A model generated the notes under the pieces. The model did not search any database. It worked only from the letters and a program-made list of their open reading frames with translations, and was not told the DNA's origin. This document shows, piece after piece, positions 27,196 through 37,121 of a stretch of DNA of 64,000 nucleotides. The stretch is from Hyalangium minutum (GTDB taxonomy: Bacteria; Myxococcota; Myxococcia; Myxococcales; Myxococcaceae). The position numbers and the translations under genes are program-made. The stretch covers positions 1-64,000 of the forward strand of contig NZ_JMCB01000002.1 of assembly GCF_000737315.1 (NCBI RefSeq), read 5' to 3'. Position 1 is the first letter of the stretch. Each line of letters starts with the position of its first letter.

Positions 27196-28773
27196 TCAGT
27201 GCACGGTGTGACTCGACGCTTGCTCGGGCTGCGCCTGCGCCGAGGGCAGTGTCGGAAGGGCGACATAAAATGTGGAGCCGCGGTCCACCTCGCTCTCCAC
27301 CCAGATGCGGCCTCCGTGGCGCGCGACGATGTCGCGGCAGATGTAGAGCCCCAGCCCGAGGCCTCCATAGGAGCGAGGGGACACATTGCGCGCGCGGAAG
27401 TAGCGCTCGAAGAGGTGCTCCTGCTGATCAGCGGGGATGCCGATGCCCGGGTCGCTCACGGACAGCAGGGCTGTGTCGCCGCGCGGCTCGAGCGAGACGT
27501 GGATGGTGCCGCCGTCCGGGCTGTACTTGAGCGCGTTCTCCAGGAGGTTGGCGATCACCTGCTCGAGCCGGTAGGGGTCTCCCAGCACCTGGAGCGGCGT
27601 GGCGGGCGCGTGGAAGAGGATGCGGTGCCCGGCTTCGTAGAGGCCCTCGGTGACGTGGATGACGTGCTCGGTGAGCAGGTCCAGGCGGGTGGGCTGAGGT
27701 TGGAGCGCGAGCCCGCCGGACTCGATGCGCGAGGCGTCCAGCAAGTCATTGATGAGCGAGGTGAGGCGCAGCAGGTGCTGGCGCGCGTGGCGCAGGGAGG
27801 AGGGGTCCACGGGCTCGCCGCGCTCCAGGCGGCGCTCGAGGTTGGCCAGGCGCAGGGAGAGCGGGGTGAGGGGCGTCTTCAGCTCGTGCGAGGCGATGGT
27901 GAGGAAGTCCTCGCGCACGCGCACGGCCTCCTGGGCCTCGCGGAAGAGGCGAGCGTGCTCCCGCTCCACCTTCTTGCGCTCGGTGATGTCCTCGACGATG
28001 CCCACGCCTCCAGCCACCTGGCCGCTACCGTCGTGGCAGGGGGCGAAGTGGATGCGCACGGGCGTCACCTTGGAAGCGGTGACGGAGGCGTAGTCGCCTT
28101 CATAGTGCGAGTGCTTGCCGCTGAGCGTGGCGCTGATGCAATGGGTGATGCGCGGATCCTTCAGGGTCAGCAGGTTGAGCCCGATCAGCAACTGCTTGGA
28201 CGAGCCGGTGATGCGGACGAAGTAGTCATTGCAGGCGGTGATGACGGGCGTCTTGTCGAAGTGGAAGATGCCGAGCGGGGCGTTCTCGACGATGGTCTGG
28301 TAGCGGCGCTCGGCCATGTCGGGCTTGCGCGCGGCGCCGAGGTGGCCGCTTTGCCAGAGCTCGAGGGACACCTCCTGTTGGAGGGGCTCGGGGCTGAAGC
28401 TGGGGGCCTCGGGGGCGCGGCGCAGGGACAGGACAATGCGCTGCTGCCCATGCCGCTGGGCCTGGCCGGTGGTGATCTCCAGCAGCAGCTCTTCGCCGCC
28501 CCGGCGCTTCAAGGGGAGGAGCGTGGAGTGGCCCGGCTGCTGCTGTTGGCGTGCGAGCAGGTAGCGGAGCAGGGAGTTCCCGTCGAGGGTCTGGAGGCGT
28601 GGGGGAACGAGGAGGGAGAAGGGCTGGCCGCGCAGCTCTTCTCCCTTCCATCCGAGCAGCCGCTCTGCGGCGGGGGTGATGTAGAGGATGTGTTCGCGGC
28701 CATCGCACGCCAGCAGGGGATCGGTCAGGGCATCGATCAGGAGCTCGAGCTCATCACCTTCCAGGCAGGACAC
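27196..28773 (-). CDS. PAS-PAS sensor histidine kinase (start approximate)
   Basis: Two PAS domains; ASHELKTPLT H-box, NLLENALKYS, DPGIGI, GLGLGLYI. Confidence 0.92.
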   Translation of the reverse strand: MSCLEGDELELLIDALTDPLLACDGREHILYITPAAERLLGWKGEELRGQPFSLLVPPRLQTLDGNSLLRYLLARQQQQPGHSTLLPLKRRGGEELLLEITTGQAQRHGQQRIVLSLRRAPEAPSFSPEPLQQEVSLELWQSGHLGAARKPDMAERRYQTIVENAPLGIFHFDKTPVITACNDYFVRITGSSKQLLIGLNLLTLKDPRITHCISATLSGKHSHYEGDYASVTASKVTPVRIHFAPCHDGSGQVAGGVGIVEDITERKKVEREHARLFREAQEAVRVREDFLTIASHELKTPLTPLSLRLANLERRLERGEPVDPSSLRHARQHLLRLTSLINDLLDASRIESGGLALQPQPTRLDLLTEHVIHVTEGLYEAGHRILFHAPATPLQVLGDPYRLEQVIANLLENALKYSPDGGTIHVSLEPRGDTALLSVSDPGIGIPADQQEHLFERYFRARNVSPRSYGGLGLGLYICRDIVARHGGRIWVESEVDRGSTFYVALPTLPSAQAQPEQASSHTVH

Positions 28774-28930
28774 CAGCGGGCCTCTCTCCAATCGTCCTGC
28801 TAGAGATAGGCACTTCTGGAGTGAGCGGCTGGGCCTGAGGGAGGACTCCCGGCGCCCGGGCGGGGAAGGGCCCGCTGCTGCGGTATGCTGCGACCGAAGT
28901 GGCAACGCTTTTGGGGCGGCTGAGGCGGCT

Positions 28931-29152
28931 ATGCGCTGGAAGGCAGCGATAATCGGGTGGATGGTCTTCTTCCTGATGGGATGTCCCCACTCGTTCGGAC
29001 GGGGAGGGATCCTGGACCGGGCCGCAGCCAAGGACACGAAAGAGTACCTGGAAGACCTCAACGGCGAGCAGCCCTGTCCATCACCTGAGGAGCTGAGTCA
29101 GCTCTGCGAGGAGCGAGACGATCCGGCATGCCCTCGGGAGTGCTTGCAGTGA
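28931..29152 (+). CDS. Small Cys-rich lipoprotein
   Basis: MRWK...FLMGC lipobox plus four more Cys; stop overlaps the next start (GTGA). Confidence 0.7.
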   Translation: MRWKAAIIGWMVFFLMGCPHSFGRGGILDRAAAKDTKEYLEDLNGEQPCPSPEELSQLCEERDDPACPRECLQ

Positions 29153-30036
29153 AGTGGCGATTCGCGCTGGTCGCGCTCGCGGGTTTGCTGCTGGTGGTCC
29201 CCTGGGTGTTCACCGTTCGCATCATGATGCGAGACGAAGCTGTGAACCGGCTGCCAGGCGGGGCGCCAGTCAGCCCCGTGCTCTCGCAGGAAGACCGGGC
29301 GAGGCTGATGACCTTCCATCGCGACTGCAAGCAGAGTGATGACTGCGACCCCCCGCTGGGCTGCCGGAAGTACTGGAAGCTGCGAAGGTCGATCTGTACG
29401 GACAGCGAGTGCGTGTCTGACCTCCAATGCTCGGAGGGAGAGACGTGTCAGGTGGTGCCTTCCGAGGGGAACGGGCCCCGGCTGCGCCTCTGTGTTCAGC
29501 AGGGCGTGCGGCAGGAGGGGGAGGCGTGTGACCTCTTTCCTGGGAGTAGCCCGCAAGCCTGCGGGCCAGGGCTGCTCTGCCGCGAAGGCCGCTGCGGACG
29601 GGCTTGCCAGCCCTCAGCGCCCGAGAGCTGCCCGCGGGGGTTCTTCTGCTCGGACAGCCCTGAAGGCTCAGTGTGCCTGCCCACGTGCGAGGAGCAGGGC
29701 TGCCCCGAGGGACAGCAGTGCCTCCGGTTCAACCGCGTGGGGGACCGGAGCGTGTCCGCCTGCGTGAGGGTGCGCGGGGTGAATTGTCAGAAGACTTCCT
29801 GCGCCCAAGGGCAGGAGTGCCGGGTGCTCCATGTCCCCGAGCATCCAGAGGAGGCACATGTGTCCTGTGCCATCCCCTGTGGCTCGGGCCGGCCCTCTTG
29901 CCCGGAGGGCCTCATCTGCCCCCGGTTCTTCTGTGTAAAACCTTGTGACCCACGGGCCGAGGGGATGTGTGGCCCGGATGACGAGTGCCGGCAGCTCAGC
30001 TCGAATGATCCTTGGGCCTGCCGGCCCCTTCTGTAG
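29149..30036 (+). CDS. Membrane-anchored exported protein with 32 cysteines (Dickkopf-like Cys repeats)
   Basis: N-terminal hydrophobic anchor; repeated CxxxxC/CPxGxxC units. Confidence 0.8.
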   Translation: MKWRFALVALAGLLLVVPWVFTVRIMMRDEAVNRLPGGAPVSPVLSQEDRARLMTFHRDCKQSDDCDPPLGCRKYWKLRRSICTDSECVSDLQCSEGETCQVVPSEGNGPRLRLCVQQGVRQEGEACDLFPGSSPQACGPGLLCREGRCGRACQPSAPESCPRGFFCSDSPEGSVCLPTCEEQGCPEGQQCLRFNRVGDRSVSACVRVRGVNCQKTSCAQGQECRVLHVPEHPEEAHVSCAIPCGSGRPSCPEGLICPRFFCVKPCDPRAEGMCGPDDECRQLSSNDPWACRPLL

Positions 30037-30051
30037 CGTAGGCTCTGGCCC

Positions 30052-30807
30052 GTGGTCCACGTCCTCTTCTTCTCCGACAGACAGGTGCGCGACAAGCTCT
30101 TCGCCCTCGTGGACGGGACGCGAGGGTTGGTGCTCGTGAAGGGCGTGCGCCATGGCAAGGACATGACGCCTCCGCAGGAGCGCGAGCCCTTTGACACCCT
30201 CGATGCCAGCTTCGGCCACGCGCTCACCACCGTCATCGTCGCCGACGAGGGCAGCATCGAGGGCATGTGGCGAGACCCGCTCGGAGACCTCGCCGAGCGT
30301 CTCTACCCGCGCAGCAAGGACGACGCCTATACCGCCGCGAGCAGCTACCTCATCCTCGAGAACGGCCGCCCCCGCGCCGTCGTGCGCAAGCGGGAAACGC
30401 CCCGCGAGGATCTCTGGTACCTCCAGGAGGCGCTCAGCCAGCTCACGTCCCGCATCCCCGCGCCTGACCCCGCTCGCAAGCCGGGCCCTCGCAAGGCCGC
30501 TGCTCCCAAGGCCTCGCGCCGCCCGCCCTCCAACGACCCCACGCCCCCGCGTGGTACCCGCGCCTACGCCTACGCCGAGCCCGAGTTCGAGCCCCCTCCC
30601 GAGCCGCCCGCAATGGACCCCTGGAAGGTGCTCGGCATCGCCCCCGGTACCTCCAAGGACGAGGCCCGTCGCGCCTTCCGCGCGCTCGTAGCCCAGTACC
30701 ACCCGGACAAGGTCGCCCACCTCGCTCCCGAGTTTCAGGAGCTGGCCGAGCGCAAGACGCGCGAGCTCCTCGAGGCCTGGGAGCAGCTCGAGAAGTCGCT
30801 CCCCTGA
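30052..30807 (+). CDS. J-domain (DnaJ-like) protein with the J domain at the C-terminus
   Basis: DPWKVLGI...QYHPDKV. Confidence 0.88.
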   Translation: MVHVLFFSDRQVRDKLFALVDGTRGLVLVKGVRHGKDMTPPQEREPFDTLDASFGHALTTVIVADEGSIEGMWRDPLGDLAERLYPRSKDDAYTAASSYLILENGRPRAVVRKRETPREDLWYLQEALSQLTSRIPAPDPARKPGPRKAAAPKASRRPPSNDPTPPRGTRAYAYAEPEFEPPPEPPAMDPWKVLGIAPGTSKDEARRAFRALVAQYHPDKVAHLAPEFQELAERKTRELLEAWEQLEKSLP

Positions 30808-30810
30808 GCC

Positions 30811-31797
30811 TCAGCCCTCCGAGGACACGGGCGCGGAGGGCGGCACCGAGTCCTCCAGCGTGAAGCGCCCAATCAGCGGCATGTGGTCCGACAGCCCATG
30901 GAACCGGCTGGTGATGTCCCCGAACGGCCGCGTCTCCTCCATGTCCAGCCACCGCACCCCGCTCCCCGAGAACAGGTGGTCCAGGTGCATGCGCATGTGC
31001 ATGAAGCCCGCCGTGGGAAAGCCTCGGATGGACTTCGGATCAATCTGTCCCACGCACGCCTGCGCGCACGTGAGCCGCGCCTCGTCGCACAGGTACTGGA
31101 ACACGGGCGAGGCTGGCGGCGAGTTGAAGTCCCCGGTCACCACGAACGGCTCGCCCTGCGAGTGCTCCGTCAACAGCGACACCAGCTTGCGCGCCTCGTG
31201 CAGCTGGTTCATCCCGCGCCCCATCTTGTCCTTCGTCGCCCAGAACTCCTTGGCGAACGGCGTGGGCAGGCTCAGGTGCGTGTTGAAGACGTGGAACGCC
31301 CGCCCATCGTCCGCCCGCTGCAGCCGCATGTGCGCGCAGATGCGGCTCTGCTTGCGCTCCTTCAGCCGCTGCACGTGGTGGTAGGTGATTTGAGCCGGCG
31401 CCTCCACGTTGTGCCGGTCCACTCTCAGCGTCTTCCGGTTCACCAGGATGGCCAACCCCGTGGTGTACAGCGAGAAGTCCCACAGCTTGTAGTGGTGCGC
31501 CCGGAAGTAGAAGGCGTCGTAGGGCATCTCGCGGCCCTGGGCCCCGAAGATCTCCACCATGCGCCCCATGAAGGCCTGCAGCTGGGTCTCCCCCGGGTGG
31601 CTCGGCCGGTGGGCCACCGAGCTGCGGAAGGAGCTCGTCTCCACCTCTTGCAGGCAGACGACGTCGGGCAGCGGATTCAACGAGGCAATCGCCGCGGAGA
31701 CCCGGCGCTTGGGGCCCGTGGTGCTCGCCAAGCCGCGAAGCGCATGGCCGAAGTACCGAACGTTGTAGCTCACGAGACGTAAGGATGTGGCAGCCAC
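30811..31797 (-). CDS. Endonuclease/exonuclease/phosphatase family protein
   Basis: SYNV, DVVCLQEV, NTHL, GDFNS, LDHLF, SDH motifs. Confidence 0.92.
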   Translation of the reverse strand: MAATSLRLVSYNVRYFGHALRGLASTTGPKRRVSAAIASLNPLPDVVCLQEVETSSFRSSVAHRPSHPGETQLQAFMGRMVEIFGAQGREMPYDAFYFRAHHYKLWDFSLYTTGLAILVNRKTLRVDRHNVEAPAQITYHHVQRLKERKQSRICAHMRLQRADDGRAFHVFNTHLSLPTPFAKEFWATKDKMGRGMNQLHEARKLVSLLTEHSQGEPFVVTGDFNSPPASPVFQYLCDEARLTCAQACVGQIDPKSIRGFPTAGFMHMRMHLDHLFSGSGVRWLDMEETRPFGDITSRFHGLSDHMPLIGRFTLEDSVPPSAPVSSEG

Positions 31798-31990
31798 GAG
31801 ATGACTTTACCCATGCCGCCCGCTCCGGCTACTCCGGGGCGTCTGGTCCCTTGCCTGCTTTGCGTTCTAGCTGATAGTGGACACTCCGCCCGGGTGCTTC
31901 CGCCCCGGTGAAAAAGTTCCCGCCCCCAGGGTCGGCTGTGCGCGGGGGGGCGCTGAATCGCCCCAGCTCTTCCATTTCAAGGAGTCTCAG

Positions 31991-32548
31991 ATGCGTTCGC
32001 TCAAGTGGGCAGTCGCCGTCGTGGCAGCAACCAGCTTCCTGGGTTGTGGTGGCAACCAGCCCTCCATCTACCGCGTGGCCGTGCAGCGGGTGACCGCGGA
32101 GAACACCCCTGCGGGCTGCTACGTCCCGGGTCAGGCGCCTACCACCATCAACGACAAGTCCACGAACCTCGTGGACCGGCAGCAGTGGGTTCTCTGGGAG
32201 GGTATCGAGGACGCCGTGTACCTGGAGCCCGGGAACATCAACTACAACATTGGCCAGGCCGAGAACGTCGCCATCAGCGCGGACACCATCCAGGGCACCA
32301 AGGCCGACGGCAAGCACACCTTCACCAGCGAGCGCACGCGGAGTGCCCCGAACGAGGTCTACACCACCTCGGCCACCTACACGATCGACAAGCTGGGGAG
32401 CACCATCGAGGGTGCGCTGCTGCTCCGCTCCGTGTGCACGGGAGCGAACTGCGATTTCACGACCGCTTGCGAGGTCACGCTGACCTACTCCGGCATCAAG
32501 ATCGACGCCGACCAGTTCAGCGTCTTCACCCCCAGCCCGGGGACCTGA
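31991..32548 (+). CDS. Hypothetical lipoprotein
   Basis: MRSLKWAVAVVAATSFLGC lipobox; GGAG RBS. Confidence 0.8.
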   Translation: MRSLKWAVAVVAATSFLGCGGNQPSIYRVAVQRVTAENTPAGCYVPGQAPTTINDKSTNLVDRQQWVLWEGIEDAVYLEPGNINYNIGQAENVAISADTIQGTKADGKHTFTSERTRSAPNEVYTTSATYTIDKLGSTIEGALLLRSVCTGANCDFTTACEVTLTYSGIKIDADQFSVFTPSPGT

Positions 32549-32562
32549 TCCCCTTTGGGCCG

Positions 32563-32591
32563 CCAGGCCTCTCCGGGCAGGGGAGGCCTGG
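32563..32591. terminator. GC-rich hairpin, possible terminator
   Basis: CCAGGCCTC/GAGGCCTGG stem just after the lipoprotein stop; no U-tract. Confidence 0.4.
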
Positions 32592-32662
32592 GCCTCAGGC
32601 AGGCGGAGCGCTCAGTCCAGGCGCGCGTCCGGGCCGAGGATGTTAAAGGTGGGGGTAACACC

Positions 32663-33505
32663 ATGACGCCCACCTCCTCCCGTTTCCGTGGCACCGAGAA
32701 GTACCTCTCCAGCGAGGGCCTCCAGGCCGCCGTCAACTGTGCGCTGACGCTCCAGCGTCCCCTGTTGGTGAAAGGCGAGCCCGGCACCGGAAAGACCCTC
32801 CTGGCCGAGGCCATCTCCGAGGCGCTCGGCATGCGCCTCATCCCCTGGCACGTGAAGAGCACCACCCGCGCCCAGGATGGCCTCTACGTCTACGACACCG
32901 TGCAGCGCCTGTATGACTCGCGCTTCGGCGACGGGGACGTGAAGGACATCCGCCGCTACATCCGCCTGGGGCCTCTGGGCGAGGCCTTCTCCGCGAAGGA
33001 GCGCGTGGTGCTGCTCATCGACGAGGTGGACAAGGCGGACCTCGAGTTCCCCAACGACTTGCTCCACGAGCTGGACCGGATGCGCTTCCGCATCGTGGAG
33101 ACGAACGAGGAGGTGGTGGCCGCGCACCGCCCCGTCGTCATCATCACCAGCAACAACGAGAAGGAGCTGCCGGACGCCTTCCTGCGCCGCTGCGTGTTCC
33201 ACTTCATCGACTTCCCGGACACGGACCTGATGCGCCGCATCGTCGGCGTGCACCACCCGGGGCTGGACGCGGAGCTGGCCGAGCAGGCCCTGAAGGTCTT
33301 CTACGAGCTGCGCGGCTTCTCGCGGCTGCGCAAGCGGCCCACCACCAGCGAGCTCATCGACTGGATCGCCGTGCTCAAGGCCAGCGGCGTGCAGAGCTTC
33401 AAGCTGGATGAGAACCTGCCCTTCCTCGGCGCGCTGCTGAAGAAGGAGCAGGACCTGATGGCGGTGGCCGAGGCGTTCGGCCGGGGCCGCCGGACGCGGG
33501 CCTAA
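32663..33505 (+). CDS. MoxR family AAA+ ATPase
   Basis: GEPGTGKT, LLIDEVDKAD, TSNNEKELPDAFLRRC. Confidence 0.93.
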   Translation: MTPTSSRFRGTEKYLSSEGLQAAVNCALTLQRPLLVKGEPGTGKTLLAEAISEALGMRLIPWHVKSTTRAQDGLYVYDTVQRLYDSRFGDGDVKDIRRYIRLGPLGEAFSAKERVVLLIDEVDKADLEFPNDLLHELDRMRFRIVETNEEVVAAHRPVVIITSNNEKELPDAFLRRCVFHFIDFPDTDLMRRIVGVHHPGLDAELAEQALKVFYELRGFSRLRKRPTTSELIDWIAVLKASGVQSFKLDENLPFLGALLKKEQDLMAVAEAFGRGRRTRA

Positions 33506-33523
33506 GTCCCGGGAGAGCGCGCC

Positions 33524-34729
33524 ATGTTCCTGCCCTTCCTCTACGAGCTGCGCAAGCGCAACATCCCCGTGGGCACCCAGGAGGCGCTGGCCCTCGCGGG
33601 CGCGTTGCGCGCGGGGCTTCATGACAGCAGCCTCGACGGCTTCTACCACGTGGCGCGCTCGCTGCTGGTGCACTCGGAGGCGCACCTGGACGCCTTTGAT
33701 CAGGCCTTCCTGGCGCACTTCAAGGGCGTGGAGTCCGCGGGCCTGCAGCTGACGCAGGAGCTGATGGACTGGCTTCGCGAGGCCAAGGAGCGGAGGGACC
33801 TCACCCCCGAGGAGCAGGAGCTGCTCAACTCGCTGGATGAGGAGGCCCTGCGGCAGCTCTTCGAGGAGCGGTTGCGCGAGCAGCGCGAGCGCCACGACGG
33901 CGGCAACCGGTGGATCGGCACGGGGGGCACATCGCCCTTCGGCAACGGGGGCCATGGGCAGCAGGGCATGCGCGTGGGCGGCACCGGCGGTCGGCAGGGC
34001 ACTGCTCTCTTCCAGGCCGGCGAGCGCAAGTACCAGGGCTACCGGGACGACGTGGTGCTGGACACCCGTCAGTTGGAGGTGGCGCTGCGCAAGCTGCGGG
34101 CCTTCGCGCGCGAGGGCGCTCCGGACGAGCTGGACGTGGACGAGACGATCAACGCCACGGCGAAGAACGCGGGCGAGCTGGAGGTGGTGACGCGGCCGCC
34201 GCGCCGGCCCAACACGCGCGTGGTGCTGCTGATGGACGTGGGCGGCTCGATGGATCCGTACGCAGCGCTGATGAGCCGGCTCTTCAGCGCGGCCAGCCGG
34301 GCCACGCACTTCAAGGAGCTGCGCACCTACTACTTCCACAACTGCGTCTACGGGAAGCTCTACGCCACCCCGCAGCTCACAGGCGGCACCACGGTGCCGG
34401 ACCTGATTGCGCAGGTGGGCAAGCACCACAAGCTCGTCATCGTGGGCGACGCGTACATGGCGCCTTACGAGCTGGGCATCCGCGCGGATGCCAACGGGCA
34501 CTACTCCCCGGACGGGCTGGAGGGGCTTGTCTGGATGATGCAGTTGGCGCAGCACTTCGAGCGCAGCGCGTGGCTCAACCCCGAGCCGCCTCGCATCTGG
34601 CCCAACAGCACCATCGCCACCATCGGCCGCGTCTTCAACATGTTCCCCCTCACCCTCGAGGGGCTGGGCGAGGCCGTGTCCCACCTCACCAAGGGCCGCA
34701 CCCCCAAGGGCCTCTCCGCCCGCCGCTGA
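33524..34729 (+). CDS. VWA domain protein (CoxE-like), MoxR partner
   Basis: DVGGSMD MIDAS motif, FHNCVY, IVGDAYMAPYEL. Confidence 0.9.
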   Translation: MFLPFLYELRKRNIPVGTQEALALAGALRAGLHDSSLDGFYHVARSLLVHSEAHLDAFDQAFLAHFKGVESAGLQLTQELMDWLREAKERRDLTPEEQELLNSLDEEALRQLFEERLREQRERHDGGNRWIGTGGTSPFGNGGHGQQGMRVGGTGGRQGTALFQAGERKYQGYRDDVVLDTRQLEVALRKLRAFAREGAPDELDVDETINATAKNAGELEVVTRPPRRPNTRVVLLMDVGGSMDPYAALMSRLFSAASRATHFKELRTYYFHNCVYGKLYATPQLTGGTTVPDLIAQVGKHHKLVIVGDAYMAPYELGIRADANGHYSPDGLEGLVWMMQLAQHFERSAWLNPEPPRIWPNSTIATIGRVFNMFPLTLEGLGEAVSHLTKGRTPKGLSARR

Positions 34730-34754
34730 GTTGAATTTTCGCGACTGACCCGGG

Positions 34755-36053
34755 ATGCTTGTCTTCATGCCCGTGGGTCTTCTGGCGCCGCAGAGTGATT
34801 CCTTTGCACTGCAGGCATTGGAGCGGCATCGCCGCAGGCGCGAAGAGCAAGGGATTCCCACGTTGACCGTGTTGGTGGGACCCCTGGGACGGTCCAAGGG
34901 CCTCTTTTCCCGCTGGCTCGCCTCGCGTCACCGGCCGCTCTGTACGGTTGTGTCCGCGACCCCAGCCGAAGCTGTTCGTGCTTGGACCGAGGCTCTCGCC
35001 AAGGCGCGGGACCTCCCGGCTGCGGCTGCGGATTTCCTCGGGAACGTGCTGGGCTTCGCCCCAGGGGCTCTGCGAGCCCGGTTGGAAGGCAAGACGGCCT
35101 ACGAGCGGGACGTGTTGCTTCAGGAGCTCCTGCCTGCGGCACCCGTGGGAGATTCCGGCCCCCTGTGCAGGCTGCTTTTGCTCTCTTCGGAGGTGCCAGC
35201 TCCTGGGGCTCTCTTCGAGCCGCTGCTCCGCGGTTATGGAGGGGACCCCGCTCGCACTTTCTCGGCGCTGCACGCCATCCTTCCCGCAGGGACGGCTCCG
35301 GCGCTCTTGCTGACGGGCTCCGGGGCAGAGGGGTGTGCGCGTGCTTCCAGAGCCGCAGCCAATCTCTGCGAGGCCGTGCCCGTGTTGCCCATCGCGCTCA
35401 GCGTGGAGCGGACCTGGGTCGACGCGTTCCTGGCAGGCCCTGAGAGTCGCTCACTCGCCATGGTCCGCGAGGGGCTCATCGAGGTGGCAGCGCCTTCACC
35501 TCAGGCTTTGCAGCGGAGGTTGGAGGAACTGGGCGTCCGCGACACCGAGCTTCTCGCTGCGCCCCTGGCCCAGCTTGCCGAGGATGGCGCCTCGGATGAG
35601 CTGGTGACCCGCTTTGGCCGGGCAGCGCTGGCTCGGGAAGCCGCTGCCCGCGAACCTTCCGGAGCCAGCCGCGCCCGGAGCGCCGAAGAGGAGTTCCTGC
35701 ACCTGCTCTTGGAAGAGATTCCAGAGACGCAAGGCCTCTTCGAGCTCAATCAGAGGGCAGGATTCCTCATCCAGGGCCGACCTGTCGAGGTGGATTTCCT
35801 GTCACTGACCTTGCGTGTGGCGATAGAGGTCGACGGTTACTATCACTTCCGGGACAAGGAAGCCTATCGGCGCGACCGCCGAAAGGATTTGGCGCTCCAG
35901 CGAGAAGGCTATCTGGTGCTCCGGTTCCTGGCGGACGATGTGGTGGAGCGGTTTCGCGAGATTCGCGATACACTCTTGGAGGTCGTGGCCCACAGGCGCG
36001 ACCCGTCAAGGCGGCAACCGCCGCTGGGGGAGGATGCAGATGGTGGGGAGTGA
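34755..36053 (+). CDS. Protein with a C-terminal DUF559/Vsr-like endonuclease domain and an uncharacterised N-terminal region
   Basis: RSAEEEFL...EVDFL...VAIEVDGYYH...DRRKDLALQREGYLVLRF. Confidence 0.85.
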   Translation: MLVFMPVGLLAPQSDSFALQALERHRRRREEQGIPTLTVLVGPLGRSKGLFSRWLASRHRPLCTVVSATPAEAVRAWTEALAKARDLPAAAADFLGNVLGFAPGALRARLEGKTAYERDVLLQELLPAAPVGDSGPLCRLLLLSSEVPAPGALFEPLLRGYGGDPARTFSALHAILPAGTAPALLLTGSGAEGCARASRAAANLCEAVPVLPIALSVERTWVDAFLAGPESRSLAMVREGLIEVAAPSPQALQRRLEELGVRDTELLAAPLAQLAEDGASDELVTRFGRAALAREAAAREPSGASRARSAEEEFLHLLLEEIPETQGLFELNQRAGFLIQGRPVEVDFLSLTLRVAIEVDGYYHFRDKEAYRRDRRKDLALQREGYLVLRFLADDVVERFREIRDTLLEVVAHRRDPSRRQPPLGEDADGGE

Positions 36054-37080
36054 AGTGTCTCATGTTGGAGATCTGGCACTCGCCTGGTTGCTGACACGCG
36101 CGGAGGGGAAGGGGGCTCGGAGTGACCTGGCCCGTGCGTTGAAGCCTCTCACGGACCACCGCTGGAGCAGTGGGGAGTGGAACACCCGGTTGGAGGGGCT
36201 GCTGGAGCAGCTCGTTCACGAGGGGCTCGTGCAGCAGAACGCTCGCAAGGGACTGACCCTCACCCCGCAGGGACGCACGCGGGCCCTGGCGGCCTTGCGC
36301 CTGGAGCGCCTGCCCAAGGGAACCACCTGGAAACAGCTCAAGCGGACTCACCTGGTGGCGCTGGCCTTGGGGCTGGCTCCTTCGCCGTCGACGCTGGCTC
36401 GGCTGGGCCGCGCGGATGGCATGCGCGCGGTGCTCGTGCAGAAGCAGCTCGGGCTCCCGGCTCCCGGCTCCCAAAGCCTCGCGCAGGTCCGGGATGCCTT
36501 GTGCTGGCGGCAGCTGGGCGTGGAGACGGACAAGCCTTTCACGCTGGCGGCCGTTCAGTCGGTGTTGCTCAGCCGGGCGCTGGAGGCCACGCGCGAGCTC
36601 GCTCCCTCGCAGGCGCTGCACCAGCTCGCCGCCAGGAGCGTGGGCGCGCGGCGGACGGACCCGGAGAGTCTCCGGCTGGCCACGCTGCGGGCCTGGGCAC
36701 TGCCTTTCGGGGAGCCCGCTCCGGCTCAGCCCCGTGCTCCAGACAGCGCCTCCGCCCCTCCGAGCGCCGCCGCCACGGGAGCGGAAGCCACTCGCCAGGA
36801 CGAGGGCCTGCACCACTTCGCGGAGCGCGTCTTGCAGGTAGCCCGTGGCGCGACAGAAGGACGTTTTGGAGATGACCGGGTCTTCATCTCTCACGTCTGG
36901 CGGGCCATGCAGGCGCCCGGCCTGGACGAGCAGTCCTTCAAGCGCCGCCTCATCGAAGCCAACCAGAAGCGGCTCCTGTCCCTGAGCCGCGCCGACATGG
37001 TGGAGCTGATGGACCCCACGGAGCTCTCCGCTTCGGAGACCCGGCACCTGGGCGCCACCTTCCACTTCATTGCGTTGTAG
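36034..37080 (+). CDS. Hypothetical protein with an N-terminal winged-helix-like region and a distinct C-terminal domain
   Basis: GGAGG RBS and ATG 36034 overlapping the upstream stop; LLEQLVHEGLVQQNARKGLTLTPQGR resembles a wHTH wing. Confidence 0.75.
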   Translation: MQMVGSEVSHVGDLALAWLLTRAEGKGARSDLARALKPLTDHRWSSGEWNTRLEGLLEQLVHEGLVQQNARKGLTLTPQGRTRALAALRLERLPKGTTWKQLKRTHLVALALGLAPSPSTLARLGRADGMRAVLVQKQLGLPAPGSQSLAQVRDALCWRQLGVETDKPFTLAAVQSVLLSRALEATRELAPSQALHQLAARSVGARRTDPESLRLATLRAWALPFGEPAPAQPRAPDSASAPPSAAATGAEATRQDEGLHHFAERVLQVARGATEGRFGDDRVFISHVWRAMQAPGLDEQSFKRRLIEANQKRLLSLSRADMVELMDPTELSASETRHLGATFHFIAL

Positions 37081-37121
37081 CCGCAGCTCACCCCGCCGTA
37101 CGGGCTTGAGAACCGCCGCTC

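Noticed and set aside
32612-34897. 761-aa minus-strand ORF, plus similar long antisense ORFs (14713-16593, 18400-20559, 26953-28803, 36891-38897)
   Set aside because: Shadow frames opposite well-supported genes; expected in high-GC DNA and lacking recognisable motifs.
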